From: a virus
Lineage: Duplodnaviria; Caudoviricetes
Length of the DNA: 64,000 bases
Reading direction: 5' to 3' (one strand)
Virus record (IMG/VR): IMGVR_UViG_3300020440_000016
Coordinates: 39 to 64,038 of that record
In this document: in pieces, positions 29,917-39,687 of the stretch
How positions within the stretch are numbered: the first letter of the stretch is position 1
Layout of the letters: each line of letters starts with the position of its first letter
Program-made: the position numbers and the translations under genes
The notes under the pieces: model-generated
The model's database searches: none
Seen by the model: the letters and a program-made list of their open reading frames with translations, nothing else
What the model was told of the DNA's origin: nothing

Positions 29917-31902
29917 ATGGCTTATACTGTAAATTTTACAAACGCAGTACAGAAAACACCTATTACTGTTGACGACAACAGTATTAATAATTCTGATACT
30001 AGTATATCATTAATAGGAAGAAATGAACCTAGTTATGGACAAGCCATTGCTGAAAACTTTGTACACATATTAGAAAATTTTGCTAATCCTACATCACCAA
30101 ACAATCCAATTGAAGGACAACTTTGGTATGATACAACAACAAACAGATTACAAATAAACGATAGTACAGCAGGCGCGGCCAATTGGAGACCAGCAGGCGG
30201 TGTTCATGTAAGCACAACAGAACCTCTTAATCCAATTAAAGGTGACGTATGGGTAGATACAACAAATAATCAACTATACATTTATACTGCAAACCAATTT
30301 CAACTAGTAGGTCCTAACTTTAGTGGCGGACTTAAAGCAGGTGCTCAAGCAGAGCAGGTTGTAGATACAGCAGGAGTACAACATACAATCATTAAAAACT
30401 ATGTTGATGATAGAGTTGTTACAATTATTTCAAAAGATCAATTTATTCCTAAACAAGTAATTGAAGGATTCAGTGAATTATATCCTGGTATTAATATTTC
30501 AGGAAAAGATTTCGATGCTAACGGCATTGTTTTAAACAAACTTCATGCAACAGCAACTAAGGCTGATGCTTTAAATGTTACACAACCAGCAGTAGAAATT
30601 GTTAATGCAAATAATTTTTTAAGAAGTGATATTACAGATACAATGAACGGACAGTTGTATGTGAGAAATGACGGTGGTGTTACAATTGGTTCGAATCAAA
30701 TTTTCAATTTAGAAATTGCAAGTAACAATGCAACAATCAAAAATAATAGTGTAGACGGAAACATTGACTTTAAAGTATTTCCAAATGCAACAGGTACAGT
30801 TGAAACAATGATGAGACTAGACGGTGCTAACAAAAGAGTTGGTATCAATCAGTTAAGTCCATCAACAACATTAGATGTTACAGGTACAGGTCATTTTACA
30901 GACAGACTTACTTGTAGTTCAACAGAAGAAGCGTCTAGCACAACAACAGGAAGTATTACTACAGGCGGTGGTATTGGTGTTGCAAAACAATTATTTGTTG
31001 GTGGCAATTTAACTACCCAAGGACATTTTAGAGTAGGTGAAGACAATCCGGCAGATGATGCCACAGGTATTGCACCTAGTGTAGATGACAAATTAACGAT
31101 TGGTACACCTAGTTTAAGATTTAAAAATGTTCATTCAGAAATATTCACAGGTAGATTAGTTGGTAACATGGTTGGTGATGTTACAGGAAATGTAAACGGA
31201 ACAGCAGATAGACTAGTTGCTTCAACTGTATTTAAAATTAGTGGACACGTTGCTGACTCAACAGGATTTAGTTTCGATGGTCAAACAGGTGGAACAGAAA
31301 AAACATTTAACGTAACACTTACACAAGATGCTATTGATGGTCAGACAGAAGAAAACAGTGGACAGGCAAAAGATTTTGTTGTAGTATCTAGAGAAAATTT
31401 AGGTTTACGTAAGATTGAATTTGGTAACTTCTTTGCAGGTGCGGCCACAGTACCAGTAGGTGGCTTATTACCATATGCAGGTGCAACTGCTCCTACAGGA
31501 TATTTGTTATGTGATGGATCAGAAGTACCTATTGCAAGTTATCAAGATTTATATAATACCATTGGTACAACATACGGTGCTGGTGTAAATCCAAATACTT
31601 TTAAACTTCCAGATCTAAGAGGCAGATTTCCACTTGGTAAAGATAACATGGACAATGGCACAACAGTACAAGATGCTAACAACAGTCCAGTTGACGCAGG
31701 TGGTGGTAGTGCCGGCAGAGTTACAGATACAAATGCAGAATCATTAGGTGGTTCAGGTGGTGATGAAGTGTATGATATTACAAATAGTGCAAATGGACAA
31801 GGTACACAATTTACACAAAACACAGGTAGTGGTGTATTCCAAAATATTGCAGTAATGAACCCATACCTTACACTAAACTATATCATAAGGGCGTTGAAGT
31901 AA
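29917..31902 (+). CDS. Tail fibre protein with tail-collar domain
   Basis: Shared N-terminal module; C-terminal PVGGLLPYAGATAPTGYLLCDG...LPDLRGRF collar motif and NPYLTLNYII. Confidence 0.85.
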   Translation: MAYTVNFTNAVQKTPITVDDNSINNSDTSISLIGRNEPSYGQAIAENFVHILENFANPTSPNNPIEGQLWYDTTTNRLQINDSTAGAANWRPAGGVHVSTTEPLNPIKGDVWVDTTNNQLYIYTANQFQLVGPNFSGGLKAGAQAEQVVDTAGVQHTIIKNYVDDRVVTIISKDQFIPKQVIEGFSELYPGINISGKDFDANGIVLNKLHATATKADALNVTQPAVEIVNANNFLRSDITDTMNGQLYVRNDGGVTIGSNQIFNLEIASNNATIKNNSVDGNIDFKVFPNATGTVETMMRLDGANKRVGINQLSPSTTLDVTGTGHFTDRLTCSSTEEASSTTTGSITTGGGIGVAKQLFVGGNLTTQGHFRVGEDNPADDATGIAPSVDDKLTIGTPSLRFKNVHSEIFTGRLVGNMVGDVTGNVNGTADRLVASTVFKISGHVADSTGFSFDGQTGGTEKTFNVTLTQDAIDGQTEENSGQAKDFVVVSRENLGLRKIEFGNFFAGAATVPVGGLLPYAGATAPTGYLLCDGSEVPIASYQDLYNTIGTTYGAGVNPNTFKLPDLRGRFPLGKDNMDNGTTVQDANNSPVDAGGGSAGRVTDTNAESLGGSGGDEVYDITNSANGQGTQFTQNTGSGVFQNIAVMNPYLTLNYIIRALK

Positions 31903-31903
31903 T

Positions 31904-33751
31904 ATGGCATATAATATTAATAAAACAGACGGTACACTTTTAGCCACAGTTGTTGACGGAACAGTTGATATTACATCAGCGGATATTGGTATAGTAGGTA
32001 GACGTTTTAGTAACTACGGTGAAATTATAAACGAAAACTTAATTAAGATGTTAGAAAGTTTTGCTAACACAACAGCACCTAATAATCCGTTAGAAGGTCA
32101 AGTTTGGTATGATAAACTTGAAGGAAGATTAAAAGTATATACAGGTACAACTTTTAAACCTACTGGCGGTCCTTTAGTAGAAGAATCACAACCACAAGGA
32201 TTAGTTAAAGGTGATCTTTGGATTGACTCTCTAAATAATCAATTATATTTTTATGATGGTGTTGATCTAGGTTTAGCAGGTCCAATTTATACAGATGCAC
32301 AGGGTAGACACGGTTGGATTGTAGAAACTATTGTTGATAACGCAAACAATGGTAGAGCAATTAGTAAATTATTTGTAAACGATTTGTTAGTAGGTATTTT
32401 AAGTAGATATGAATTTACTCCTTTAACACCAATTACAGGTTTTGCAACAATTAAAGTTGGTTTAAACTTTAGTTCAAATGTAACAGGATTAAAATTACAC
32501 GGAACAGCGGCCTCGGCTGATACTATTGCAGGTATTGATCCTGGTAACTTCCTTAGAGCAGATATTGCCTCAACATCACAGGCACAGTTAAGTATTCAAA
32601 ACGATGCAGGACTAGTTGTTGGTGGAGAGCAAGATTTAAATATTGAAATTATAGGTGACGTAACTACATTTAAAAATAATTTACAAAATAAAGATTTCAA
32701 AATACAAGTAAACTCGCAAGGTAATGGCGGTATTATTGATGCTATTGAAATTGATTCTAGTTCAATGCAGATTAACTTGTTTAAAAATAAAACTTCAAGC
32801 ACAGTAGAAGTTGGCGGTAATTTAGTTGTACAACAAAATTTAACTGTAAACGGTACAACATTATTTGTTGACTCACAAAATTTAAGAATAAAAGATAAAA
32901 ATATCGAACTTGCGTATGCAGACGGATCAAGCGAAACAGATGCTTTAGCAAACGGTGGAGGTATTACACTTAAAGGTGACACCGACCATACGTTTAATTG
33001 GAATAATGCCACAGATGCATGGGAAAGTTCAGAATCAATTACACTAGCAACTGGGCGTTCAATATTTTTTGGTGCAGGATCTTCAACAGTTGGATTGAGT
33101 GAAACAACACTAGGCGATAGTGTAGTAAATTCGAATTTACAAAATGTAGGTGTGCTTACAGAGTTGCAGGTTGATGACATTGATGTTAATGGCAGTACAA
33201 TAAGCACAAGAACAACCAATGAAGATTTAAACTTTAACATACACGGCACTGGAAATATTGTATTAAATCCAGATGTAACTGTTACAACACAAATTAAAGG
33301 TATACAAGATCCAACTGCGGCTCAAGATGCGGCAACTAAAAATTATGTTGACAGTTCAATACAAGGTAGAACTTTATTTTTCACAATCAACACAACCGGC
33401 ATAACTGATAAAACTTCAAGTGTAAGTGGTTTACCTTATTTGATGAATACACTAGCACCGGCTGGAAACTTTGAGAACGGAACAACAGCAAGAATACTAG
33501 CAGAGGATATTAACCTTGCTGGTGCACAAACAAATATTACAGTGTCTAGTACACCAACAAACGTAACAAACACATTGTTAGTAAATCAAACAGCAGTTGA
33601 TCAAAACGGATTACAAAATAGTGCTAGTGTTTTATCTAGTGTGGCTTTTCCAGATGGTATTACACTTTCAGGAAGTGCATTAGGTGTAACTAGAACGTTT
33701 CATTTATTAACAGTAGCAGGAGGGACTTGGACTTATACCCAAGCATTGTAA
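31904..33751 (+). CDS. Tail fibre protein (paralog 2)
   Basis: N-terminal GR--S-YGE--NEN--K-LE-FA---P--P--GQ-W-D module; DPTAAQDAATKNYVD motif. Confidence 0.75.
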   Translation: MAYNINKTDGTLLATVVDGTVDITSADIGIVGRRFSNYGEIINENLIKMLESFANTTAPNNPLEGQVWYDKLEGRLKVYTGTTFKPTGGPLVEESQPQGLVKGDLWIDSLNNQLYFYDGVDLGLAGPIYTDAQGRHGWIVETIVDNANNGRAISKLFVNDLLVGILSRYEFTPLTPITGFATIKVGLNFSSNVTGLKLHGTAASADTIAGIDPGNFLRADIASTSQAQLSIQNDAGLVVGGEQDLNIEIIGDVTTFKNNLQNKDFKIQVNSQGNGGIIDAIEIDSSSMQINLFKNKTSSTVEVGGNLVVQQNLTVNGTTLFVDSQNLRIKDKNIELAYADGSSETDALANGGGITLKGDTDHTFNWNNATDAWESSESITLATGRSIFFGAGSSTVGLSETTLGDSVVNSNLQNVGVLTELQVDDIDVNGSTISTRTTNEDLNFNIHGTGNIVLNPDVTVTTQIKGIQDPTAAQDAATKNYVDSSIQGRTLFFTINTTGITDKTSSVSGLPYLMNTLAPAGNFENGTTARILAEDINLAGAQTNITVSSTPTNVTNTLLVNQTAVDQNGLQNSASVLSSVAFPDGITLSGSALGVTRTFHLLTVAGGTWTYTQAL

Positions 33752-33760
33752 GGATAGACT

Positions 33761-36163
33761 ATGCCATATACATTAAACAGAACAGACGGAAGTACTTTAG
33801 TTACACTAGCAGACGGTGTTGTAGATAATACAACAGATTTACAACTTGTAGGTCGTAATGTTGCTGGTTATGGTGAAATACAAAATGAAAATTTTGTAAA
33901 GTTACTTGAAAACTTTGCTTCTGTTACTACACCTCCTAGTAAACCACAAGTAGGACAAATTTGGTTTGACAAAGAAGTTAATGCTATGCGTCCATCTGTG
34001 TTTGATGGAGTACAGTGGCGTAACTTAGGAATTGTACAGATTGCTCCGGCTAACCAAGTACCTCAAAATAGAAAAGAAGGTGACCTATGGTGGGACCAAA
34101 CAAACAATCAATTATATGGTTGGACAGCAGATGGCAACAAGCACGTATTAATTGGACCAGAAGATTTAATTGATTACAGTTTTACAAAGTGGCGAAGCAT
34201 TATTTTAACTGATACAAGTGCAGTAGACCATCCTGTAATAGCAGGTTATGTTAATAATGTTGTATACTGCATTGTTGCAGATGCAGAATTTACAATTGAT
34301 CAAACAGTTACACCAATGCCTGACTTTACAAAATGTTATAATGGTACAACTCTTAAAGGAACAAGTGCAACAGGTGTAAGCACATCAACAAAACATCACG
34401 GTACTGCCACTGATGCAGACAGATTAGTTGGCAAAGCGGGCGACACATACGCAAATAGATTAGAGAACGAAACTATCTCAGGTGTATACAGTTTTCAAAA
34501 CAACGATGGTATCAATGTAGGTCCGAACAATGAATTAAAAATTAACGTTGATAGTGTAAGCGGTAATGCAGGAATCAACAACGAAACAAATGATGTATTA
34601 TCTTTTGGTGTAAATTACACAGGAAGTGGTGCTGATAAAACTGTTATTTTTATTGAAGGCAAAGATATCAAACCTTATGCAAACAATGAAGTTAATTTAG
34701 GTGCACCGACTGTAAAATATAGAAACATTTATGCAGATGCAATTTATTCAAACGTAATTGGTGATGCACAAGGAACTTTTTCAGGAAACTTAACAGGTAA
34801 CACTTCAGGAACACACACAGGTTCTACTAATGGTTCACATACAGGACCAACAGTAGGAACAGTTGTGGCAACAGGCGGTAAGATTATTGTTAATAACGAT
34901 CTACAAACTACACTTGCTGATGCAGGTCGAGACGGTGTTGCAGGAAACTATGAAGGATACTTTGATGGTGTAGCAAAATATGTATTTGATGGAATGTATA
35001 GATCACATCCACAAACTATTACAAGCACAAAAACTTGGAATGCTACACAAACATTTAATCAAGCAGTTAACATCAATAATACAGCAAGTGCATACAACGT
35101 AAACTTATCAAAAGGAACAATTGGTGCTGGTGCTATTCCTTCACAAGATGCAGGAAGAACCAAAACTGATTTGACAATCGATGGTGTTACTATTGATAAT
35201 TCAGAAATTGAAGATACAAATTTAGATAGGGTAGTAATTGATGATGGCTCAAGAATTGAAAACAGTGCATTAGGTACAGTTGGTATTCTTTCAAATGTAA
35301 AATCAACAAAATTTACAGACGCTAATGACAAATCATTTAAGTTTATTTCAGATGACGGTGCATTTAATAATGTAGATAATGATACAGTTGTAACAGCACT
35401 AGCAATTAAACAATATGTAGATAATCAAGTTGCAAGTGTACCTAAAGATATTAGTTTCCATTTAGATACTAAAGATATGAATACTGATGATGTAAAAACA
35501 CAGTTAGAAAGAATTGCTCCAGCGGCAGGATATGCCAACGGAACTAAAGCAAGAATACTTGGAAGTCATTATTTTGCAAACAATGGTACAGATATTAATG
35601 GCAATAAATTATTCTTTTACAAATATGGTCAAAGAACAGGTGTAAGAAGAGGTATTGGATTCATCGGTGGTAGAAGTTACACGTACACAGGAAGTTACGG
35701 TGCCGCAACAGACTTAATAAACTCTAAGTCAGGTATTACTGGTTACGAATTTGTAGTCAAAGGTGCAGGTAATCCAACTGATACAACTACAACACCAAAC
35801 ATTAGTCCTACTTTAGATTTAACTTTCGCTGGATTTACTGGCTGGTTAGTTTTAAGTTATGGTTTGACACAAGATCAAGCAGATTATATAGGTATACCTG
35901 CAGGTGCAAGTAGCAGAATACTTGTAATGAATAATGGTGTTGTAATTGGAACGTCACCACAGTCGGGTGCTATTACAACAATTGACGGAATTAGAACAGG
36001 GCAAACAATTGGTAGACAGGCGTTTGCACAAGATCATCAACTTGCATGGACAAATTTAGGTGGAGTATTTTCTGGTAATGCTACAATGACTGCCAGCAAA
36101 TATGCATTTGATTTTACACAGAAAGAATTTGGAGGCAGTTGGAATTTTGTTGGGAATTTCTAA
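33761..36163 (+). CDS. Tail fibre protein (paralog 3)
   Basis: Same N-terminal module; GNLTGN/GTHTG repeats; variable C-terminus. Confidence 0.75.
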   Translation: MPYTLNRTDGSTLVTLADGVVDNTTDLQLVGRNVAGYGEIQNENFVKLLENFASVTTPPSKPQVGQIWFDKEVNAMRPSVFDGVQWRNLGIVQIAPANQVPQNRKEGDLWWDQTNNQLYGWTADGNKHVLIGPEDLIDYSFTKWRSIILTDTSAVDHPVIAGYVNNVVYCIVADAEFTIDQTVTPMPDFTKCYNGTTLKGTSATGVSTSTKHHGTATDADRLVGKAGDTYANRLENETISGVYSFQNNDGINVGPNNELKINVDSVSGNAGINNETNDVLSFGVNYTGSGADKTVIFIEGKDIKPYANNEVNLGAPTVKYRNIYADAIYSNVIGDAQGTFSGNLTGNTSGTHTGSTNGSHTGPTVGTVVATGGKIIVNNDLQTTLADAGRDGVAGNYEGYFDGVAKYVFDGMYRSHPQTITSTKTWNATQTFNQAVNINNTASAYNVNLSKGTIGAGAIPSQDAGRTKTDLTIDGVTIDNSEIEDTNLDRVVIDDGSRIENSALGTVGILSNVKSTKFTDANDKSFKFISDDGAFNNVDNDTVVTALAIKQYVDNQVASVPKDISFHLDTKDMNTDDVKTQLERIAPAAGYANGTKARILGSHYFANNGTDINGNKLFFYKYGQRTGVRRGIGFIGGRSYTYTGSYGAATDLINSKSGITGYEFVVKGAGNPTDTTTTPNISPTLDLTFAGFTGWLVLSYGLTQDQADYIGIPAGASSRILVMNNGVVIGTSPQSGAITTIDGIRTGQTIGRQAFAQDHQLAWTNLGGVFSGNATMTASKYAFDFTQKEFGGSWNFVGNF

Positions 36164-36651
36164 TGTATAAGATAGTAGAAAATTTTATTACGAATGTAGA
36201 TGATATTATGTTACAGGTAAAAGAACACGAAGCACAAGGAAAATTTACTAACCGTGGTATTGGCGGTGCTGAAAAGCATGGTACAAAATACGGTGAAAGT
36301 CATTTTCGTTCTTTGTTTCAAAAAAACATGAGTAATGAATTAGTTGAAACAATTTGGAATACAATACCAGAAGAAAGAAAATGGTGTAGCCAAGTTGTTG
36401 TAAACAAATATCAACCCGGTGATTGGTTAGTAAAGCATCAAGATAGTGCCGCAGGTTATTGGAAGTTTAAATTAGTTTTTTTAACAGAAGGTAATCCACA
36501 CTTTAAATACTGGGACGAAGAAGACCGCGAACATTTAGTACAAGAAAAGAAAGGTGCTATGTTCGATATGCCAATTAAGACTTGGCATGAAGTAACAAAA
36601 ATGGAGGAAGGTGAAGAACCTAAATATAGTCTTTGCCTAATATGGGAATAA
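36163..36651 (+). CDS. 2OG-Fe(II) oxygenase-like protein
   Basis: VNKYQPGDWLVKHQD (HxD) and distal WHEV; ATG overlaps the fibre stop (TAATG). Confidence 0.7.
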   Translation: MYKIVENFITNVDDIMLQVKEHEAQGKFTNRGIGGAEKHGTKYGESHFRSLFQKNMSNELVETIWNTIPEERKWCSQVVVNKYQPGDWLVKHQDSAAGYWKFKLVFLTEGNPHFKYWDEEDREHLVQEKKGAMFDMPIKTWHEVTKMEEGEEPKYSLCLIWE

Positions 36652-36655
36652 AGTT

Positions 36656-37129
36656 ATGGCAAAAAAGTTAATGACATTAATGTTTAATAAAGGTAACGGT
36701 CAACTTATCGGAGGTTATGAAACTGATAATGCACCAAAGACTGTATTTGAAAACGTAAGATTAAAAACACTAGAATACGATCCAGACTTATGGTATTACA
36801 GAGGTGATTACGAAACTGGTGGACTTGTTGCGATTCCAAGCACAGATGATAGTATTATTGATGAAGAACAATTAGATATTAATGTTGGACAAACAATTTA
36901 TACTAGATATCCTGTACACAAACAAATTAATATTATAAGAAAAGCATTACAAAATATGTGGGGTGCTGGTGCACCTAAAGAATTTTTGGATATGTGTTCT
37001 TTTATAGATGACGAAATCAATAGAAACAATGCACGTAAAGAAGTATATGGTACAGACAATACTCCTTATGTATATGTTACTAAAGAAGAAATTGAAGAAA
37101 ACGTTAGAAAACGTATGAATGATGAATAG
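36656..37129 (+). CDS. Putative tail-fibre assembly chaperone
   Basis: Small acidic protein between fibre genes with a RYPVHKQINII helix; assignment mainly positional. Confidence 0.4.
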   Translation: MAKKLMTLMFNKGNGQLIGGYETDNAPKTVFENVRLKTLEYDPDLWYYRGDYETGGLVAIPSTDDSIIDEEQLDINVGQTIYTRYPVHKQINIIRKALQNMWGAGAPKEFLDMCSFIDDEINRNNARKEVYGTDNTPYVYVTKEEIEENVRKRMNDE

Positions 37130-37137
37130 GTAAATAC
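37129..37137 (+). promoter_or_regulatory. Possible late promoter core
   Basis: GGTAAATAC upstream of fibre 4. Confidence 0.35.
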
Positions 37138-37141
37138 AACT

Positions 37142-38893
37142 ATGCCATATATTGTAAACACATATAACGGACAACAAATTGCATTAGTGCCAGATGGTAC
37201 TATTGATCAAACTACAGATATAAAACTTATTGGTAGAAACTACGCAGGGTTTGGTGAAATACTAAATGAAAACCTAGTTCATCTACTAGAAAGTTTTGCA
37301 GGTGCCACACAACCACCTAAGCCTGTAGCAGGACAAGTTTGGTTTGACAGTGCAAACAAAGTTTTAAAATTTTATGATGGTTCTCAATACAGAATCGCCG
37401 GCGGCGCTGAAACAGGAAGAACTGCACCAACAGGATTAGCAAAAGGTGATTTTTGGTGGGAAGAACAAGGCGAACAGTTATACGTTTTTAATGGCGAAGA
37501 TTTTATTTTGATTGGTCCAGAAAGTGCTGGTGGTGAAGGTGTATCACAAGTTGGTATTAGAATTTTGAAAGATACACTTGGAAATGATAGAACAGTAATT
37601 GCATTTACAGTACAAGATCAAGTTATTAATTTAGTTTCTAAAGATGAATTTACTATTGACTCATCTATTAATCCTATTACAGGATTTAGTGCTATCAAAA
37701 AAGGACTTAACCTAGCAAGTAAAATTACATATCCAGGTATGCGTTATTGGGGCACGGCCGAAGATGCTGATAACCTAGGCGGTATTCCTGCATCACAGTA
37801 TGTTTTGAACAGTGGTTTACAACAATTCAGTGATGTGGTTAGTTTCTTAAATGATAACGGTATTACACTAGGTGCTGGTGGAGATTTAAAATTACATATC
37901 ACTAATGGTGATGAAGTTAATATTACTAACCAAGTAGGTAATGATATTAGATTTAATGTTAATACACTTGGAGCAGGTGCAGTAAATGTTGCTAAAATTG
38001 AAAATACAGCATTTTTACCTGCACAGGATAATTCAGGATCAATAGGTAGTTTAAACATTAAATGGGCAAACGGTTATTTTTACGATATTGCACTAGATAA
38101 CAATGGTGCTTTATCAGGAAACGTAAACGGTAATGTTACAGGAAACTTAACAGGTAATTCAACAGGTACGCACTTTGGTAATGTACAATCTACTGTAGGT
38201 TCAAGTACATTCAATGACGTTACAGTAAGTGGTACAATTACAGGTTCACTTGTAGGTACATCAACTACTGCTGAACTAGTAAAACTAGATGGCGGCACTG
38301 GTGTAGCCGCAGTGACAACAGCAACAGCAAATTCACTTGTAGGTAGAGATGCAAACGGAGATATCACAGCAAATATTTTTAGTGGTACAGCAACTAACAG
38401 TAATCAACTAGATAATGCAGGTGCAGATATCACAGCCACAGCGAATACGATTGCCAAAAGAGATAGCGACGGCGACTTGGTTGCACGTAAGTTTGAAGGT
38501 ACAGCAACAGCGGCTCAGTTCGCTGACTTGGCAGAGATGTATGCTAGTGACGAACAGTATGCGCCAGGAACAGTTTTAGTATTCGGCGGCGATGCCGAAG
38601 TTACAAAGAGCACACAATTTTGTGATCCAAAAATAGCAGGAGTTGTATCAACTGAACCTGCACATTTAATGAACAGCACACAAGAAGGTGTAGCAGTTGC
38701 ATTAAGAGGACGGGTGCCAGTAATGGTTGAAGGTCCTGTAAAAAAGGGAGACGTTATTGTTTCCTCTCCAACACCAGGCGTTGCAACAGCATTAGATCAA
38801 TACAGTTCTATGCCACACGCAATTTGCATTATTGGTAAATCATTAGAAGAAGATAGTAGCACTGAAACTAGACTAATTGAAGTAGTTGTTTAA
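37142..38893 (+). CDS. Tail fibre protein (paralog 4) with C-terminal intramolecular-chaperone (peptidase G2-like) domain
   Basis: Shared N-terminal module; AQFADLAEMY...AGVVS..P...VAL-GRVPV...KGD--VSS. Confidence 0.8.
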   Translation: MPYIVNTYNGQQIALVPDGTIDQTTDIKLIGRNYAGFGEILNENLVHLLESFAGATQPPKPVAGQVWFDSANKVLKFYDGSQYRIAGGAETGRTAPTGLAKGDFWWEEQGEQLYVFNGEDFILIGPESAGGEGVSQVGIRILKDTLGNDRTVIAFTVQDQVINLVSKDEFTIDSSINPITGFSAIKKGLNLASKITYPGMRYWGTAEDADNLGGIPASQYVLNSGLQQFSDVVSFLNDNGITLGAGGDLKLHITNGDEVNITNQVGNDIRFNVNTLGAGAVNVAKIENTAFLPAQDNSGSIGSLNIKWANGYFYDIALDNNGALSGNVNGNVTGNLTGNSTGTHFGNVQSTVGSSTFNDVTVSGTITGSLVGTSTTAELVKLDGGTGVAAVTTATANSLVGRDANGDITANIFSGTATNSNQLDNAGADITATANTIAKRDSDGDLVARKFEGTATAAQFADLAEMYASDEQYAPGTVLVFGGDAEVTKSTQFCDPKIAGVVSTEPAHLMNSTQEGVAVALRGRVPVMVEGPVKKGDVIVSSPTPGVATALDQYSSMPHAICIIGKSLEEDSSTETRLIEVVV

Positions 38894-38901
38894 TAAAAAA
38901 A

Positions 38902-38910
38902 GATAAATAC
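38902..38910 (+). promoter_or_regulatory. Possible late promoter core
   Basis: GATAAATAC upstream of the last two plus-strand genes. Confidence 0.4.
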
Positions 38911-38934
38911 TACTGAGTTAGAGGGAGAAGGGAT

Positions 38935-39405
38935 TTGATAGATCCTATTAGTGCATTCGCAGTTGCCACAACTGCGTATAAAACAATTTCAAAAGCAGTA
39001 GCCGTTGGACAAGACATTGAAAACGTAACAGGTCAGTTAGGCAAATGGTTTACTGCAACAGCAGATATACGTAAAGCAAGAGATCTTAATCAAAGAGCAC
39101 CGTTGTTCAAAAAAGTTTTTGCCGCGGGTTCCGTAGAAGAAGAAGCACTACAATTATTAATGCACGAAAAGAAAGTTCAAGAGATGGAAAAAGAATTAAG
39201 AACTCTTTTAAACTTTCGCTACGGACATAGGACTTGGGAAGAAATGATTGAGATGCGTAGGAAAATTGTAAAGCAAAGAGAAAAAGAAGTATACAAAGCA
39301 GAAGAAATAAAAAGAAATATACTTGAAGCGATTGCAGTTATACTTTTAATGGCTCTTTCTGCCGGGTTAGTCCTAGGTATAGTTTACTTATATGTGAATA
39401 GATAA
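38935..39405 (+). CDS. Hypothetical protein with C-terminal transmembrane helix
   Basis: TTG start after a strong purine-rich RBS; coiled coil plus hydrophobic C-terminal segment. Confidence 0.65.
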   Translation: MIDPISAFAVATTAYKTISKAVAVGQDIENVTGQLGKWFTATADIRKARDLNQRAPLFKKVFAAGSVEEEALQLLMHEKKVQEMEKELRTLLNFRYGHRTWEEMIEMRRKIVKQREKEVYKAEEIKRNILEAIAVILLMALSAGLVLGIVYLYVNR

Positions 39406-39415
39406 GGAGACTAAA

Positions 39416-39634
39416 ATGCTTCATGCATTTTTGCTAGTGGTGTTAATGAATGATAAACCAATTAGCAAAGATATGTATTTTAGATCTATAGACAGATGTA
39501 ACTACTTTGCCAGTCGTATTGTTCGTAATTATGGAAACTATCAGCACAGTTATTTAATGCCCAAAGAACACCGCAGAACTGCATACTGTAAACCCGTTTA
39601 TATAGATGCTAAAACAAAAACACTGTATGATTAA
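39416..39634 (+). CDS. Small hypothetical protein (hydrophobic N-terminus, two Cys)
   Basis: AGGAG RBS; 72 aa. Confidence 0.6.
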   Translation: MLHAFLLVVLMNDKPISKDMYFRSIDRCNYFASRIVRNYGNYQHSYLMPKEHRRTAYCKPVYIDAKTKTLYD

Positions 39635-39687
39635 GTGCGTATATAATGGTGTCTTAAACGCATTTTAAGGTCTCTGTAGCGGTGTTA

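Noticed and set aside
29917-38893. Diversity-generating retroelement acting on the fibres
   Set aside because: No reverse transcriptase in the window and no TR/VR pair differing at adenines; shared DNA such as CAGGAAACTTAACAGGTAA simply encodes GNLTGN repeats.
5994-38893. Many 60-220-aa antisense ORFs over the structural genes (e.g. 32596-33249, 9029-9451)
   Set aside because: Shadow ORFs of long coding frames, with no motifs or RBS; similar plus-strand shadows over the minus-strand block were also ignored.
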